A stretch of 64,000 bases of DNA from Botryllus schlosseri. Lineage: Eukaryota. The translations under genes and the position numbers were made by a program. The notes beneath the pieces are model-generated. The model was not told the DNA's origin, made no database searches, and saw only the letters and a list, made by a program, of their open reading frames with translations. Positions 1 to 11,735 of this stretch are shown piece by piece (position 1 is the first letter of the stretch; every line of letters begins with the position of its first letter). The DNA is taken from the NCBI GenBank assembly GCA_051294905.1, contig CM119372.1:34350001-34414000 (forward strand). The letters run 5' to 3'.

Positions 1-838
1 GAATTCGCTCAACACATGCATAAGCACCTTTGCTTTCTCTCGATGAAATCACGGCATGTAGGCTTCAGCCGTTTCCTTCACAATAAAGCAGTCATGCTGT
101 AAAAGCTTCTGTGAAGCAGGTGTTGTTTGTTCATCATGTATTTCGTAACTCAACATGTCCTGAATTAATTTTGAAACAGCACCTGCCAAACTACTAACAA
201 TGCGCACTCAGAATCCCCGCCGGTAGCTGACTTCTTGAACACCTAATCAGCAAGCTGCTGCTGCCGTGATCATTGAAGCATAGCCGATTAGCCAATCAAG
301 AGCCGTGGTTATTTGATTACTAGTCTTCTTGCCGTTCTATGGCCGGTGGCACGCCCATTCCTGAGTAGCTACTTTCAAACGCTTTGCCCGAAATCTTAAC
401 GGCTTTCCTGTAAGCTTCTTTCAGGCTAATTGTTGTTTTTTATCAATAATCTATAGAATGAGACACAATCACGGAGACTTTTTAAGATTTTCCAAATTTT
501 GGACAACCCTACTATGCATGCATATTTTTCTGTACCACCACCACTGCCGTGTGTTATGTATTTTGGTTGGGTGAAAATAAAGACTCTCTCTCTCTCTCTT
601 AAACACCTGAGTCATAGACCAGTGGTTCTCAACTTTTTGTATCCACGGACCGCTTTCGGAGCGTCAAGGACGCCCGCGGACCCCCACGAAGCTTTAGTTC
701 TAATTTAGCTCAATTATCATGCCATCGTCATCTGTCTTGTGCAAATGAAAACTGTGGGCTTAGTGATAAACAGCAACAAAATGACCTTTCGTGAAAATAA
801 AATCATACTGTTTCATGTGGAAATCGAGTTGACTTCTA

Positions 839-1060
839 TTATTTCAAAGCGAATTCTGCAACTGCATTTCTTGAAATACGTGGTCGCGTCTTGAAAATCC
901 GCGCCTTCGATTTGATATGATCGACTGCCCAGAATGCATTTTCACAAATATAGTAGGTGGCGAATGTAATAATTCCTCGTAACGCTGCCGACGACACATT
1001 AGGGTATGATCGCAACAAATATGGCACCAAAATTGACAAACAAATTTTTATAATGAACAT
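839..1060 (-). pseudogene. hAT transposase C-terminal dimerisation-domain remnant
   Basis: Translation SYPNVSSAALRGIITFATYYICENAFWAVDHIKSKAR resembles the hAT motif YP.LS..AL..L.PF.TTYLCE..FS....K.K.R; lies inside the TIR element 620-1664. Confidence 0.7.
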
Positions 1061-1092
1061 ATAACGTCAAGCCATCTATCTTCTATCTAGCA

Positions 1093-1405
1093 CAGTGGTT
1101 CTCAAACTTTTTTGGACACGCCCCCTTTATGACAGTGAACATTTTCGCGCCCCCTTATCGTCATATCACAAAATAAAACCAGAATGATATCAATCCCAAT
1201 GGATAGTTTGATGGCATGGACGGTTATGACTGTTGATGCGAGAATGCTCAAATATGTGATTCGGACTATACACAGAGCAATAACCATGAATTGGAGATAA
1301 ATCACGCGGAGCGCGAACAAAATTTTCAGTTAACAGCAGGTTCGCGCCCACTTCTGATGCCTTAACGCCCCCAAAGGGGCGTGCCCCCCAGTTTGGAAAC
1401 CATTG
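1093..1405. mobile_element. hAT MITE nested in 620-1664
   Basis: TIR CAGTGGTTCTCAAAC / GTTTGGAAACCATTG; perfect TSD ATCTAGCA. Confidence 0.9.
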
Positions 1406-2013
1406 ATCTAGCAGCTTATCTTGCTGTTATTATCGAAAAAGGATTTTTGTAAACATTTCGAAGTCACCGTGATTGACCTTACTCATCCAACTTTTTTTCT
1501 CCACAATGCCCTTTACAAAACATCTCTAAACAGCAAAATGTTTGTATCAGTAGGCTATTGGTAATTTAGCAATTAAAATAAGTTTCCACAGTAGGATATC
1601 AACTATTTTGTGGCTTCGTGGACCCTGTGAAAATGCTTCGCGAACCCTCGGTTGAGAACCACTGTCACAGGCTATCACCAAGCTTTGCGTATTTTTATTT
1701 GTGAACTAAAAGTAATGACTTCGCAAGTAGCATCAGTAATGAGTTTGAACATCTCAGTATCAACACAGAGTTGAGTGATGTGCAGTATACTTTGCCGGCA
1801 ATGTGATGTTATATATTTTTGAATCAAAATTTGAGTTATTTGTATTTGCAGCATGTCACGACACTGCAATGCTCTGCGTGCAGGTAAGAGCTATCATACC
1901 ATGTCCCGATTAGAAGCTCTGAAATCCCTTCTCAAATCCCTAAAGTTGCTAAATATTGGCTGCTGATAATTGCGAATTACTATTAGCCTAGTATAAAATA
2001 TTTTTATATGGGG

Positions 2014-2205
2014 CAGGGGCGGCCAACCCGTGGTCCGCGAGGAGGTTTTGAGTGGCCCGCGAGATAATTCTCGAAATTATTTATAATATCAAAAAATAAA
2101 TTATCCAGTTAATGTATTGTGAATTTGCATGGCCGAACAAAAATTTGATTAGCCTGACTGCGAAATTTGGTATGTTGATGACTAAAATATCAGTTCCGAC
2201 GCATT
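2014..2205 (-). mobile_element. Truncated copy of the MITE family at 16560-17277 and 36264-36952
   Basis: CAGGGGCGGCCAACCCGTGG...GAGTGGCCCGCGAG matches the reverse complement of about 17090-17277; no matching second end with TSD found. Confidence 0.7.
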
Positions 2206-3134
2206 GGCGTAGCCAGGGGCCAGCTACATTTTTCTTAGATATTCGTATACGACCATAACGTAGAATATTTCGTGGCAGAATTATGTGAATATATACTTTT
2301 CTCAGCAGTTCGCGCGATTTTCTTGTCCCTCGATTTCTTACTTATAGTATTAGTACCCCCCCTGAAAATTGAAAATTAAAAATACGCCCGATTTATAGAA
2401 TTGAGTCTGAATATATTCGCAATTATAAGAGAACGTGACGTTCAACAAGCGACTTCGCGTCTGCACTCGCAAAACGATCGGTGGGTTGAAACCGTTGCCC
2501 ATAATGATAGACGCATCATCACCGAAAATCTTCGATATTCATATGTCCAAGCGCCGAATAATCCTGTCCTTCCAAAATGAGCCCAGTGATATACAGAGAC
2601 GACCCACATTATTACATGCAAGTGACATTACTGTTGACCGAGTTCATTCATTGTCTTCGAAAATATTTCGCGCTTCGCGTGGTTAGGAAATAGATGACCA
2701 TTGCCCACTGACTCTTCATGACATAATTGCTATCGATTTTTATATGTAGTACTACAAATCTTGTTTTTACCGTTACCTAGTTCGGTTCGCTCTCATCGTA
2801 CGACTTAACGAACATGAGCAACATTCAAGTGACCCGCGTAATGGTTCGTACATCTCATGTGGGACTTCCGCCAAAAAGGTTGTCCCCCTGATATAAGGCA
2901 AATATCGTACCTTCAAGTTACTTTTAGGCGTGTCCATCGGACCAATGTAATTGGAGCAGTTCGAAAAGAAATTCTGCATAACGTCGGTTAATCACAAAGA
3001 AAAGCAGACCTGACGACGCCTGTAGGACAATGCAGAGACATTGTCTTGCTGATCAAAAGCGCGAAAAACTTTCTTGCAAGTGACATTCCCAAATATAAAT
3101 TCAACGAACAAACTCAGCTATCCATAGTCCAGTT

Positions 3135-5840
3135 CAGTGCTTTTCACCCTATAGGATGGTACGCTTTTGTGCGAATGAAAAAATTAGTAGTGCGAATGAC
3201 GAAGGTAGTGCGATTAAGGCAAATGAAAATCCAGATGAGTGTGGATGAAAATCGTAAATAATTGGTAATCTTTCTGACGCGAAATAATTCAAATGCACTT
3301 AATAGGAAATTCAAGGGCAGTGTCTCCTTAAATTTTGTGGTTGCGACGCAATTGTAAACAAAAACTTGTTTGACTTACGACGCACCACTAGTCGTAGCTT
3401 TGACAATAACTTTGTCTCTCACAAGCTGTCCTGAGTTAATATTTTCGCTCAATAATTATTACGTAACCAAGAGCCTGATTTGAAAGCCGGTGTCGTGGCA
3501 GATACAGTGGATCATCCCTTCTGAGTCGGCGACAGGTTGTAAAAATGTCGTCAAATTGACGTTATTCTTTCTTTCGCTGAACAATCATCATATCTTCGTA
3601 ATAACCGTTCGATTACCGTGAGGCACGAGGATAGTAGTAAATATCATCATTACATACTCACATTTACAAGTTACTGTTACCCTTCTCCTTTAAGGGTTAT
3701 CAAAGTTTGGTCTGCAAAGAGCGTAATTTTGGGTAGACACGGGGCCAGAGCTATCTGGTAATATGTATGTAATATTTGTTGAATTTATTGCCAAAAAAAT
3801 CCTGCGATAGTTTTTACATATCCGCAGGGTCACTATGTTGGGTATTATAGCCAATAAGCGAGACCCACAGAAAATATGGCTTGATCATGGAAATCTGCCG
3901 ACCTGTGGTTTAAATTCATGATACGATTTGTCAGACTTATTTTTTGCTGGAAAACATGGTCGAAGACTATTGCGATTAATTAGTGTTGGGGAGTACAACG
4001 AGTGAACATAAAATGCGGTGCCGAAAAATCAGCGGCTACAAAACCTTGGCCAAAATGATCGTCGCTGGATGGCCTAACCTTTCGATATGGATATGCTCCA
4101 ATGTCGGCAGTCGGCACCGAATAGTCCCGCTCGTGCAATCCGAGTATAGACAGTAGTACAAACGCGACGAGAAGAGGAATTTAAATCACCCCTGTTTGAA
4201 ATCGTGTGCTTCAGACATGTTCGTTTTGGGTACGTTTGTGGTGTGCGCATTCTGCATGTCATAAATCTCTTTAAAATCGTAGCATACTACCGTAATATTA
4301 AAAAAGCCTTCTTTTTCATGTGCGAGGCTCGGGTCGCGAGATGCCACTAAAACTCTGATTTTGGTCGTGGTCTAAGAAGCGGGTTATTGGTTATTGAAGG
4401 TTATTGAGCTGTTCCGAACTTTCACTAGATTGAGCTAAAGAGCCGAACACACGATATCGTGACTTTCTTTGCTCTTCTCATATACTTGCGAGCAGAGGTG
4501 GTCAGTAACGAAGTACTTCTACTTTTTCGAAGTACTCAAGTAGTTTTCTTCTACTTCCGGTACTTACTCAAGTAGATCTGATTTTCGCTACTTCTACTTC
4601 TACTTCGCAATATTTTGTAAACTACTTACTTACTTTTCGCTATTTTCAGTTTGTCAAGTAGAAGTAGTTCAATCTTCCAATCAGGAAGATAGCCGGGGCT
4701 GTTTTCACGGAGCATCAATATTTAATTTTCATAAAAGTTTAGTGAAGCCCAGAATTTTCGTTGCGTTTCGCGCGCAGTGGATACGGATTGACCAATATGA
4801 TTTCACGAAAGTATCGGTGAATATAATTTAGGTAGATGGTTGGCGTGGTTCCGTTCACACTACATTGTCGCTCTTCGCCCATATAAAATAATTCATCACA
4901 GTATATATGACTCATCAAACGTTTGAAACTGATGTTTCGCAATCTAGCATTTACTTGTCATATCGTAATCTAGCATGTCCATGGTGTGTCCAAATCTGGG
5001 AAAGTGGACTCTGATTTTTTTTAGTTTTAGAGCTGTTTTAGCATACCATCTTTGAAACTTTCTGGACTAAAAACATGAAATACATGTTCTGCTTTTAGAA
5101 GTAGTATTTATATTTCACTTTCAATTCCCAGTATCATAAACTTAATTTGAGTTATAATTATTATCAGTTCTTTTGTCTGGCTAACATACATGTTGAAGTA
5201 TAGAAGCAAGTGTAGTAATGCCTTCAATTTCTGGAAATAAAGGTACACAATATGGCATTTTTACGGCCACCATATTTTTTATTAACGTTTATTAATCGCG
5301 CAAAGTGCTTACACCGTATCCTATACAACTTATCCATATTGCTTTTCGACTAAATTATGGGCCTTATAATATGGGGAATGGCGCCATAATAAAACGTGCT
5401 GTTCAAGAAAACAGAGGATTAGCATCGCATTTCCATATCAATACTATCATTTTCATCCCATGATGTGGACGAATACTTATGCTACCGAGAATTGGATACC
5501 TGCTGGTATGCATCAATATGAATCAAGCTCGTCACCTTTCGCATACCTCAATTTGCACCTTTTTACAATCCATGTGAACGAATTAGGATTGTTTTCATAA
5601 CTACTTACTTACTTGAGTACTTTTAAAGTCAGTCAATTCTACTTCTACTTGAAGTAGTTTTAGGTTGCTTATGGAAGAAGTACTTCTACTCGTACTTGAG
5701 TAGATTTTTTCGTCGCTACTTCTGTTTCTACTTGAGTAGATTCCTTGACTACTTTGACCACCTCTGCTTGCGAGACAGAAAATGGGAAATCGAGAAAAAA
5801 GAACGCAAGTTGGAGCACCGTCTCATAAGGTAGCGAGCTC
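3135..5840 (-). mobile_element. Truncated inverted copy of the hAT element at 22227-24182
   Basis: Starts CAGTGCTTTTCA with GTGCGAATG subterminal repeats; colinear reverse-complement similarity to about 22650-24182 (e.g. ctagattgagctaaagagc at 4425 vs gctctttagctcaatcta at 22773); right boundary approximate. Confidence 0.75.
4493..5766. mobile_element. hAT MITE (Ac-type target) with TACTT/AAGTA subterminal repeats
   Basis: TIR CAGAGGTGGTCA / TGACCACCTCTG; perfect TSD CTTGCGAG. Confidence 0.9.
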
Positions 5841-6021
5841 TAATGTACCACCTTTCAGGTGTCTGGTATATGGTCAATTGGTCGTCAATCAATGATAAAT
5901 CGTTGTTTTCAACAATGAACTTGATCGCAGGTCACGATTATTTCCGGGAAATCAATGGTGAATACGGCTCTTCCATTTGCACTGTGAAGGCTAGCAATAA
6001 CTACAAAATTTGACCACGAAG

Positions 6022-6385
6022 ATGTCGTTGAGAAATAATTGCAAGAAAAGAAAGTATGAACAGGTAAATACAAGTTTTGAAAAAATGGGACGTATAGAGT
6101 TTGCATTCAGAGATAATGAAGGTACACCACTCTGCCTAATCTGTCAATAATTACAAGGCTAGTAACTAGTACCGTCACTACGAAACCAAACGCCAAAAAT
6201 TAGTCACGAGTTGCCCAACGAAGACAAATTTCCGCAGTAATAAGATTACTGAGTTGAAATCTTCCTCAAATGCTCAGCACCACTTAAGAAACTGCTCGGC
6301 ACTGATTTGACACCACATCAGTCTGACTTCAAACACCTTGCAGCCCGGGTGGAGACGCACCGTATCGCCAGTCGCCACATCATAA
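6022..6385 (+). pseudogene. Internally deleted Buster/Charlie-type hAT transposase remnant (N-terminal zinc finger joined to extreme C-terminus)
   Basis: Frameshifted translation KKRKYEQ...EFAFRDNEGTPLCLICQ...RHYETK...NKITELKSS then ...DFKHLA...H*, resembling the two ends of Buster-group transposases; probable element end GGTGGCCCACCCCTG at 6517. Confidence 0.65.
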
Positions 6386-6818
6386 TACACTTCATTCGAC
6401 AGCCTACATTTCATTGTGACGCAATAGATTGGTATTTTTGAATTTTAAGTTGTGGTTCTTTTAAAACTAAGCTATTTGATATGCGTCTCGCGCATGAAGC
6501 AGGGTGGCCCACCCCTGCTCTATTATATCAAGTCATGGAATAAATAATAACACTGGTCAACACAAATTTTGTTAACTTTGATCAGACATATGATTTTGAC
6601 TAACTTTTGTGCGCTGAATTCAAAAAAGACTTCCATTTTTCTCCATCACGTCAAGTTTTTGGGTTAGGCACCCCCACATTGTCTCATAACCCACATAATA
6701 GCACCACTTTGAATGTTTTGTGTTTATTGTATAAACGTTTCAAAAACCCCAAGAAGTCGAAAGCAAATCAATAGACTTCAAATAAGCATTTGCACTGCTT
6801 TATTTGGTTGACTTAAAC

Positions 6819-8643
6819 CAGTGGTTCTTAACCTTTTTTCCTCCAGCGCCCTATTTGAAAAATTATCGTGCTCCAACGTCCCCCACCTCATATTGTAAGG
6901 TCTGTAATAAAGACAATGGGTAAGAGGGCGGGCCGTAAAAGCACTTCGTCAGCCCCTTAAAAAACGATTGTCTTGCGCACTCATAGCGTGATAAACCAAA
7001 CGTCTGAGGGCTTCGCCCCTAAGAACCCCGTCACGTGATTTCGATGGTCAGCAAAGGTTGTGTGGCCTGGTCGATGGTCGCCCTAGGCGCCAAAAGTTTC
7101 TATAATGCGTGAAAGAATAGGTGGTAATTGCATATATATGTCGCTATAAACTATTTATCCTCTCTGCCCACGTAAGCAGATTTACCAGTAGCGCTGAGTG
7201 AGCTGTTGTATTGGAAAATGAAGGCCACGTATAAATAATAATTGAACATATTCGAGCGTGCCCCTTGGTACAATTAATTCGTTACATGTTGTTATTTTGT
7301 TACCTCTTGTCCGTTATATAGTCAAAAGATATTGAAACGCATAAACGTATTAAACTGAAGTAAGCACATGATTGAAGTTTACTGTCAACATAAAGTCAAT
7401 CCTCTTCGGCTAAGATTTTATCGCTTACGATCTTTTTGACACACTTCCCGGATTCCCGTATTGACGCGAACTTCATATGTCTTCGTGCATCGTGGCCTGG
7501 TAATGGCCGACGCCGAAATGCCTATTTCTATGTTTTATAATTATGCGTATTCTTCCGTGGAGGAGTCGTCAGAACATGATGTGTAATTTATGTTCATTCA
7601 CCGAAATAATTTGGGGCATTCTTCGAGCTCACCGATTGGGAGTTTGGGTTGCAGCAGCATCGGTCCTGGTGAAAGGTCAAAGTCCCGTCGGTCTTTTCGG
7701 GACTTTTGTATTGGAAATATTTCGCGCTTTGATCGCGCTCGAGGACCATTCGACTACAATAAACCATATAACAATTGTGTGTGGTATATTCAGGGTCAAA
7801 TCAAGGTTGGTATAACAACAATCGGGTACGGTCTCATACCCCGTGGTTCGAACCATCCCGAATTCACATCTGCGATTAGAAATACGGGAAAATTATTGGT
7901 ATTGGATTTGGTCTTAGTGCTTTGCATAACTACAAGTAAGTCAACTGAGAAGGGGATCTGCTCACATTGATCTTAGTACTGTACCCAGTTAATAATTTTA
8001 ACTTGAATGTATTCCAAACAAAGCAGCTCATATTATATATTATAACGTTCATGTGAGGTTGTGAACCACTACACTAGATAGTATCATCCTTTATGATACG
8101 ATGAAGAAATATTCTGACGATTTAATTTTGCAACTCTCAAATACAAGTATATTTAGTTATTCATTTCGTGCACAGAGCTTCAAAACTTATTATATGTACA
8201 AGGGGGCTCTCACTCTCAAAAGTGATATACAGTGCCTCCTTCTTCGGTTTTCACACGCTGTGCGCTGCGGGATATAATACCTGATTCGAAACATTTTGTT
8301 GAAAGTAACCCTAGCAAGCGTGACGGCAGTGTTTTAACGGGAAATTGGAGGTCTAAAAGTACGCGCAATTCGTTTGACATGAATTATAATAACCCACTAC
8401 ATTTATGGAAACATATGTAGCAAACATCATCACGTAGCGCGACCAAAAATTTCGGGATTTGACATGTTCTGTGGAATGTAAATTTGCTCTGAATACTCAT
8501 TAAGGATATGTCATGCTACTGCATCATCTAATACGAAGCCATTTTTCTTCAGCGCCCTCCATATCGCCCCCTGAGCGTTACCGCCCCATTCAAAATCGCC
8601 AGCGCCCCTTGGGGGGCGCTGGAGACAAGGTTAACAACCACTG
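6819..8643. mobile_element. hAT MITE nested in the Chapaev3-like element
   Basis: TIR CAGTGGTTCTTAACC / GGTTAACAACCACTG; TSD acttaaac/atttaaac; contains from about 6929 a partial copy of the 34075-35935 family. Confidence 0.85.
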
Positions 8644-8699
8644 ATTTAAACTGATGTTGCTTCTACAGGGTCCAAATTTACGATAATAACCAATAATTC

Positions 8700-9420
8700 T
8701 ATTTATACTCGAGCAAGAGTCAGCTAACATATGTAATCTCCAATCTACTCTGGTACCTTATTGCCATCATCTTCAGATGTTGGGGGACATTTTCTCCTTG
8801 CCTATCTCTGAGTATGTCAAGGTTTTCAGGGAAATTATTTAGATATTTTAGCTTTATTTTTTATGTCTGATTTCCGACATAAACATATGGCCGTGGCACA
8901 TGTGTATCAGGGTTACAGGCATCCTTGTCTGACCACTAAGAAAACACGATATTTCAAAACTGACACATATTATCCAATCGTGGTCTTGATATTGCACCAA
9001 TTCAATGTTTCTGTATTATTCTCAATGTTTCTATGTAATTCACGAAGGCAAACTGAGTGTGCAATTGTTACTGCTCCTAAGACGTTGGCATTTTGGAGAA
9101 TGCCACAGTTTAGGATTATTTTTGAGCTACCTATAGGCATCTGCCATTGAGTTGTAAATCGGGATTCCTAACTCCTCCAGTAATGCATGGTAACAGTATC
9201 ACACCAATGCCAACATCACGGCAATACACAAAGCTACCGAAAGTAGGCCTACGAAGAAAACGCTGTTTCTCCTGATCGGAAGTGAGATACTTTCTCTACC
9301 TTGCCGAATAACCTTTTCTCACTTCGTAAGGACGTTAAAATTTCCGAAGATTTCTATTCCAAGTCACAAAGCTTCTATGAGATCAGTAACTTGTGTTGAT
9401 GAACTACTATGCCTGCTATG
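8700..9420 (-). pseudogene. Chapaev3-type transposase pseudogene fragments
   Basis: Broken frames read VTDLIEAL..SSEILTSLRSEKRL, LEELGIPIYNS..IGSSKIILNCGILQNAN, and NNFPENLDILRDRQGENVPQHLKMMAIRYQSR..MLADSC, matching the Chapaev3 motifs LNDLIRDL, EWRLFIDSSK.SLKAVLLHNGN and FPENLGAVSDEQGERFHQD..MEKRYQGR..MADYCW. Confidence 0.75.
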
Positions 9421-9776
9421 CCTAAGATCTTCATCTTGATCCAAATTATCGAGCGTATAAGAGTTTCAAGTTACACTGGATAAGCTGAATGTGGCATTGA
9501 ACCTATAGCTAGGAGCAAATGTAATATTCATTTTTCTTGTCATATCCTGCAGTTTGCATCAAATATGTGTGTGAAAGATTCTCGGATGACTGCATCCTCT
9601 AACCAAAAATGGTTGAAAGCATCGGCCTAGATCGATACCAGTACCTTTTTTCTAGATGATTTCATTGAGCCCTAGGCTATATAACACGTGGTAAAAGTGT
9701 GGATTTTTAAATGGTATCGAAAAGTAATATGGCTAAATTCGTGAAAATTTGCATATTTTGGGCATATGGCGTTGAG

Positions 9777-11068
9777 CAGCGGTTCTCAACCTTTATTGAC
9801 ACGCACCCCCCTTGGCGATGGTCAAAAAAATCGCGCCCCCTCTGACCCCCCTTGCATTTATCGTCATGTCGAAAAGAGCACATCATCTAATACAGAGGTG
9901 GGCAACCTTTTTGCTAATCATGACCGCATTCCGATTACTTATGTAGCCTAAGGCCGCATTCCAAGGCATAGCCGCAATGAACGATCTGGACGCAAAATAT
10001 CTATGGTAAACTGTCCATATCCATTCCTGGTGAACTCCGGACTATTCTGCTTTTCACAACGGCCTATTGTACGCACCGAAACCGCGAGTGGCAATGTTAT
10101 GAATAGTTGCAGAGAATGCATATTGTCGCGCTGAGCGCGAAAATTTTTCAGAGCCGGGAATGGATTGTTATTTCTTGACGATTCCCACTGCGGCTCAGAT
10201 TAAGAAGGGCACTACTGCATTAAAATCGAAAAACGAAGTCTTGTTGAGTTGCGCGGAACGCGAAGAAAATTTCAAGATTAAATAATATCTCTCGAAAATT
10301 CGGGAGTGAATTCGTTATTGCAATTCGCTGCCAACACATACTAATTGGATTATAGGCGTCGACGGCCGCACAAATTCCCTTCTACGGCCGCATGCGGCTG
10401 TACGGACGCAGATTGCCCACCCCTGATCTAATAGTATGCATAAGGTATATCTTACGCCAATTTTGAATCCGCATTCCTGTTGTTGAGTCTTCTACATGGC
10501 TGGCAAATTTCCCCAAACTTGTTTGAAAATAACAAAAAGACATTGAACAGGACATCAATTAATTTCAAGGTAGGTTGCACTGAGACTAATCCTGATGCTG
10601 GTAGTGACTACAGAGAGCACGGCGTCGTTCTGTCCTGCCATGCTACATTTGATCAGTTTTGGAAATGAATTAAATTGTGTTGATTTATAGCCTAATTGAG
10701 GGCAAAACCGGGCAACCTATATTGCATCTCAGTCTGTCTTTGGCAGTGCAGTTCGCCAGCTATTAACAACAGCTACCTAGCGCACCGAGAATTAGGCTAC
10801 TGCCAAAGCTGTGAAGTAATGAATGACTTGCACGTAGGAATTGCTCTAAATCTTCAAAGAATATAAAAAATTTGCCCAGATGAAGTTGAAGTCAGCCTAT
10901 ACTCCGTTGAGCGCGACTGCTGGAGTTTGAGTTTGGCAAGCTTTCTAGAATACGAAATAAGTTTAATCTTCGACAATCGTCTTTTCAGAATGGTTGTGAA
11001 ACACATGTTTAGTCACAATGTATACAGACTTTGTCAATTTCTCGCGCCCCCCAGGTTGAGAACCCTCG
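9777..11068. mobile_element. hAT MITE
   Basis: TIR CAGCGGTTCTCAACC / GGTTGAGAACCCTCG; TSD gcgttgag/gcgtagag. Confidence 0.85.
9893..10425. mobile_element. hAT MITE nested in 9777-11068
   Basis: TIR CAGAGGTGGGCAA / TTGCCCACCCCTG; perfect TSD ATCTAATA. Confidence 0.9.
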
Positions 11069-11377
11069 GCGTAGAGGAAAAACTCGACGTGATGGAAAAA
11101 AATCAACGACATTTTTGGAATCAGCACGCCAAAATTAGCCTAAATCAAGTGCAAAATCAAAGTCAAAAAATTTTTCGTTCAAAATTGTTGCCCAGTGTAA
11201 TCAATGATTAGAGTGTCGTGATACGTTCCGGATCGATGACATTTGCAAGCACACGACTTGGCAACTGAAATCAGCGATTGTTCGAAACTTCTGCAACAAG
11301 ACGCCTAGCGACCTAGAAGGTTGAAAACTAAAAATGTTTGTGAGTATATGCTATAATTTGTGCTGCTGAATCGACTA

Positions 11378-11432
11378 TAATAATAACAACAAAAGAAAAA
11401 ACAACAACAACAACAACAACAACACGAACAAC
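11378..11432. repeat. (AAT/AAC)n microsatellite
   Basis: taataataacaac...acaacaacaacaacaacaacaac. Confidence 0.85.
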
Positions 11433-11563
11433 ATGTAAATGTATAGTATTAGATCTGCCTTTATATTACAGGGATACACAATTCCAAAATGTACATATGA
11501 ATTCATATAGTGGAAAAAAAATTTTTCCTGGCGGACGACAAGGCTATTTCTCATCATTACAGG

Positions 11564-11735
11564 TTACGCCCTTGTTTCAGACGTAATAGTCGATGGGACA
11601 GAATCGGTACGAGTCGAAGGACGTAACCTAGATTCCGTAGACGAAAATGTCACTGCGAGGTTTTTATTCATGGAATCGCTGTTCGTGCGTGGCCCTAGCC
11701 CGAACAGGTATTGCCTCGTAGCGGTCCAAAGCTGG
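11564..11735 (-). CDS. GPCR exon 9 (helix 8 and C-tail, stop)
   Basis: ctttcag| SQLWTATRQYLFGLGPRTNS...TITSETRA*; phase 2 matches exon 8. Confidence 0.85.

Larger units (their letters stand above)
620..1664. mobile_element. Non-autonomous hAT (Buster/Charlie-type) element
   Basis: TIR CAGTGGTTCTCAAC (620) / GTTGAGAACCACTG (1664); degenerate 8-bp TSD tcatagac/tcacaggc; internal transposase remnant. Confidence 0.85.
6551..11197 (-). mobile_element. Chapaev3-like (CMC superfamily) DNA transposon, degenerate, with nested MITEs
   Basis: TIR CACTGGTCAACA / TGTTGCCCAGTG with GCTGA(A/T)TTC subterminal motifs; 3-bp TSD TAA; transposase remnant inside. Confidence 0.8.

Noticed and set aside
1..600. 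Possible retroelement 3-prime end (AATAAA followed by a CT repeat)
   Set aside because: No reverse transcriptase or gag motif identifiable; evidence too thin
7543..7970. ORFs of 90 and 126 aa
   Set aside because: Lie inside nested MITEs; no domain similarity or splice context recognised
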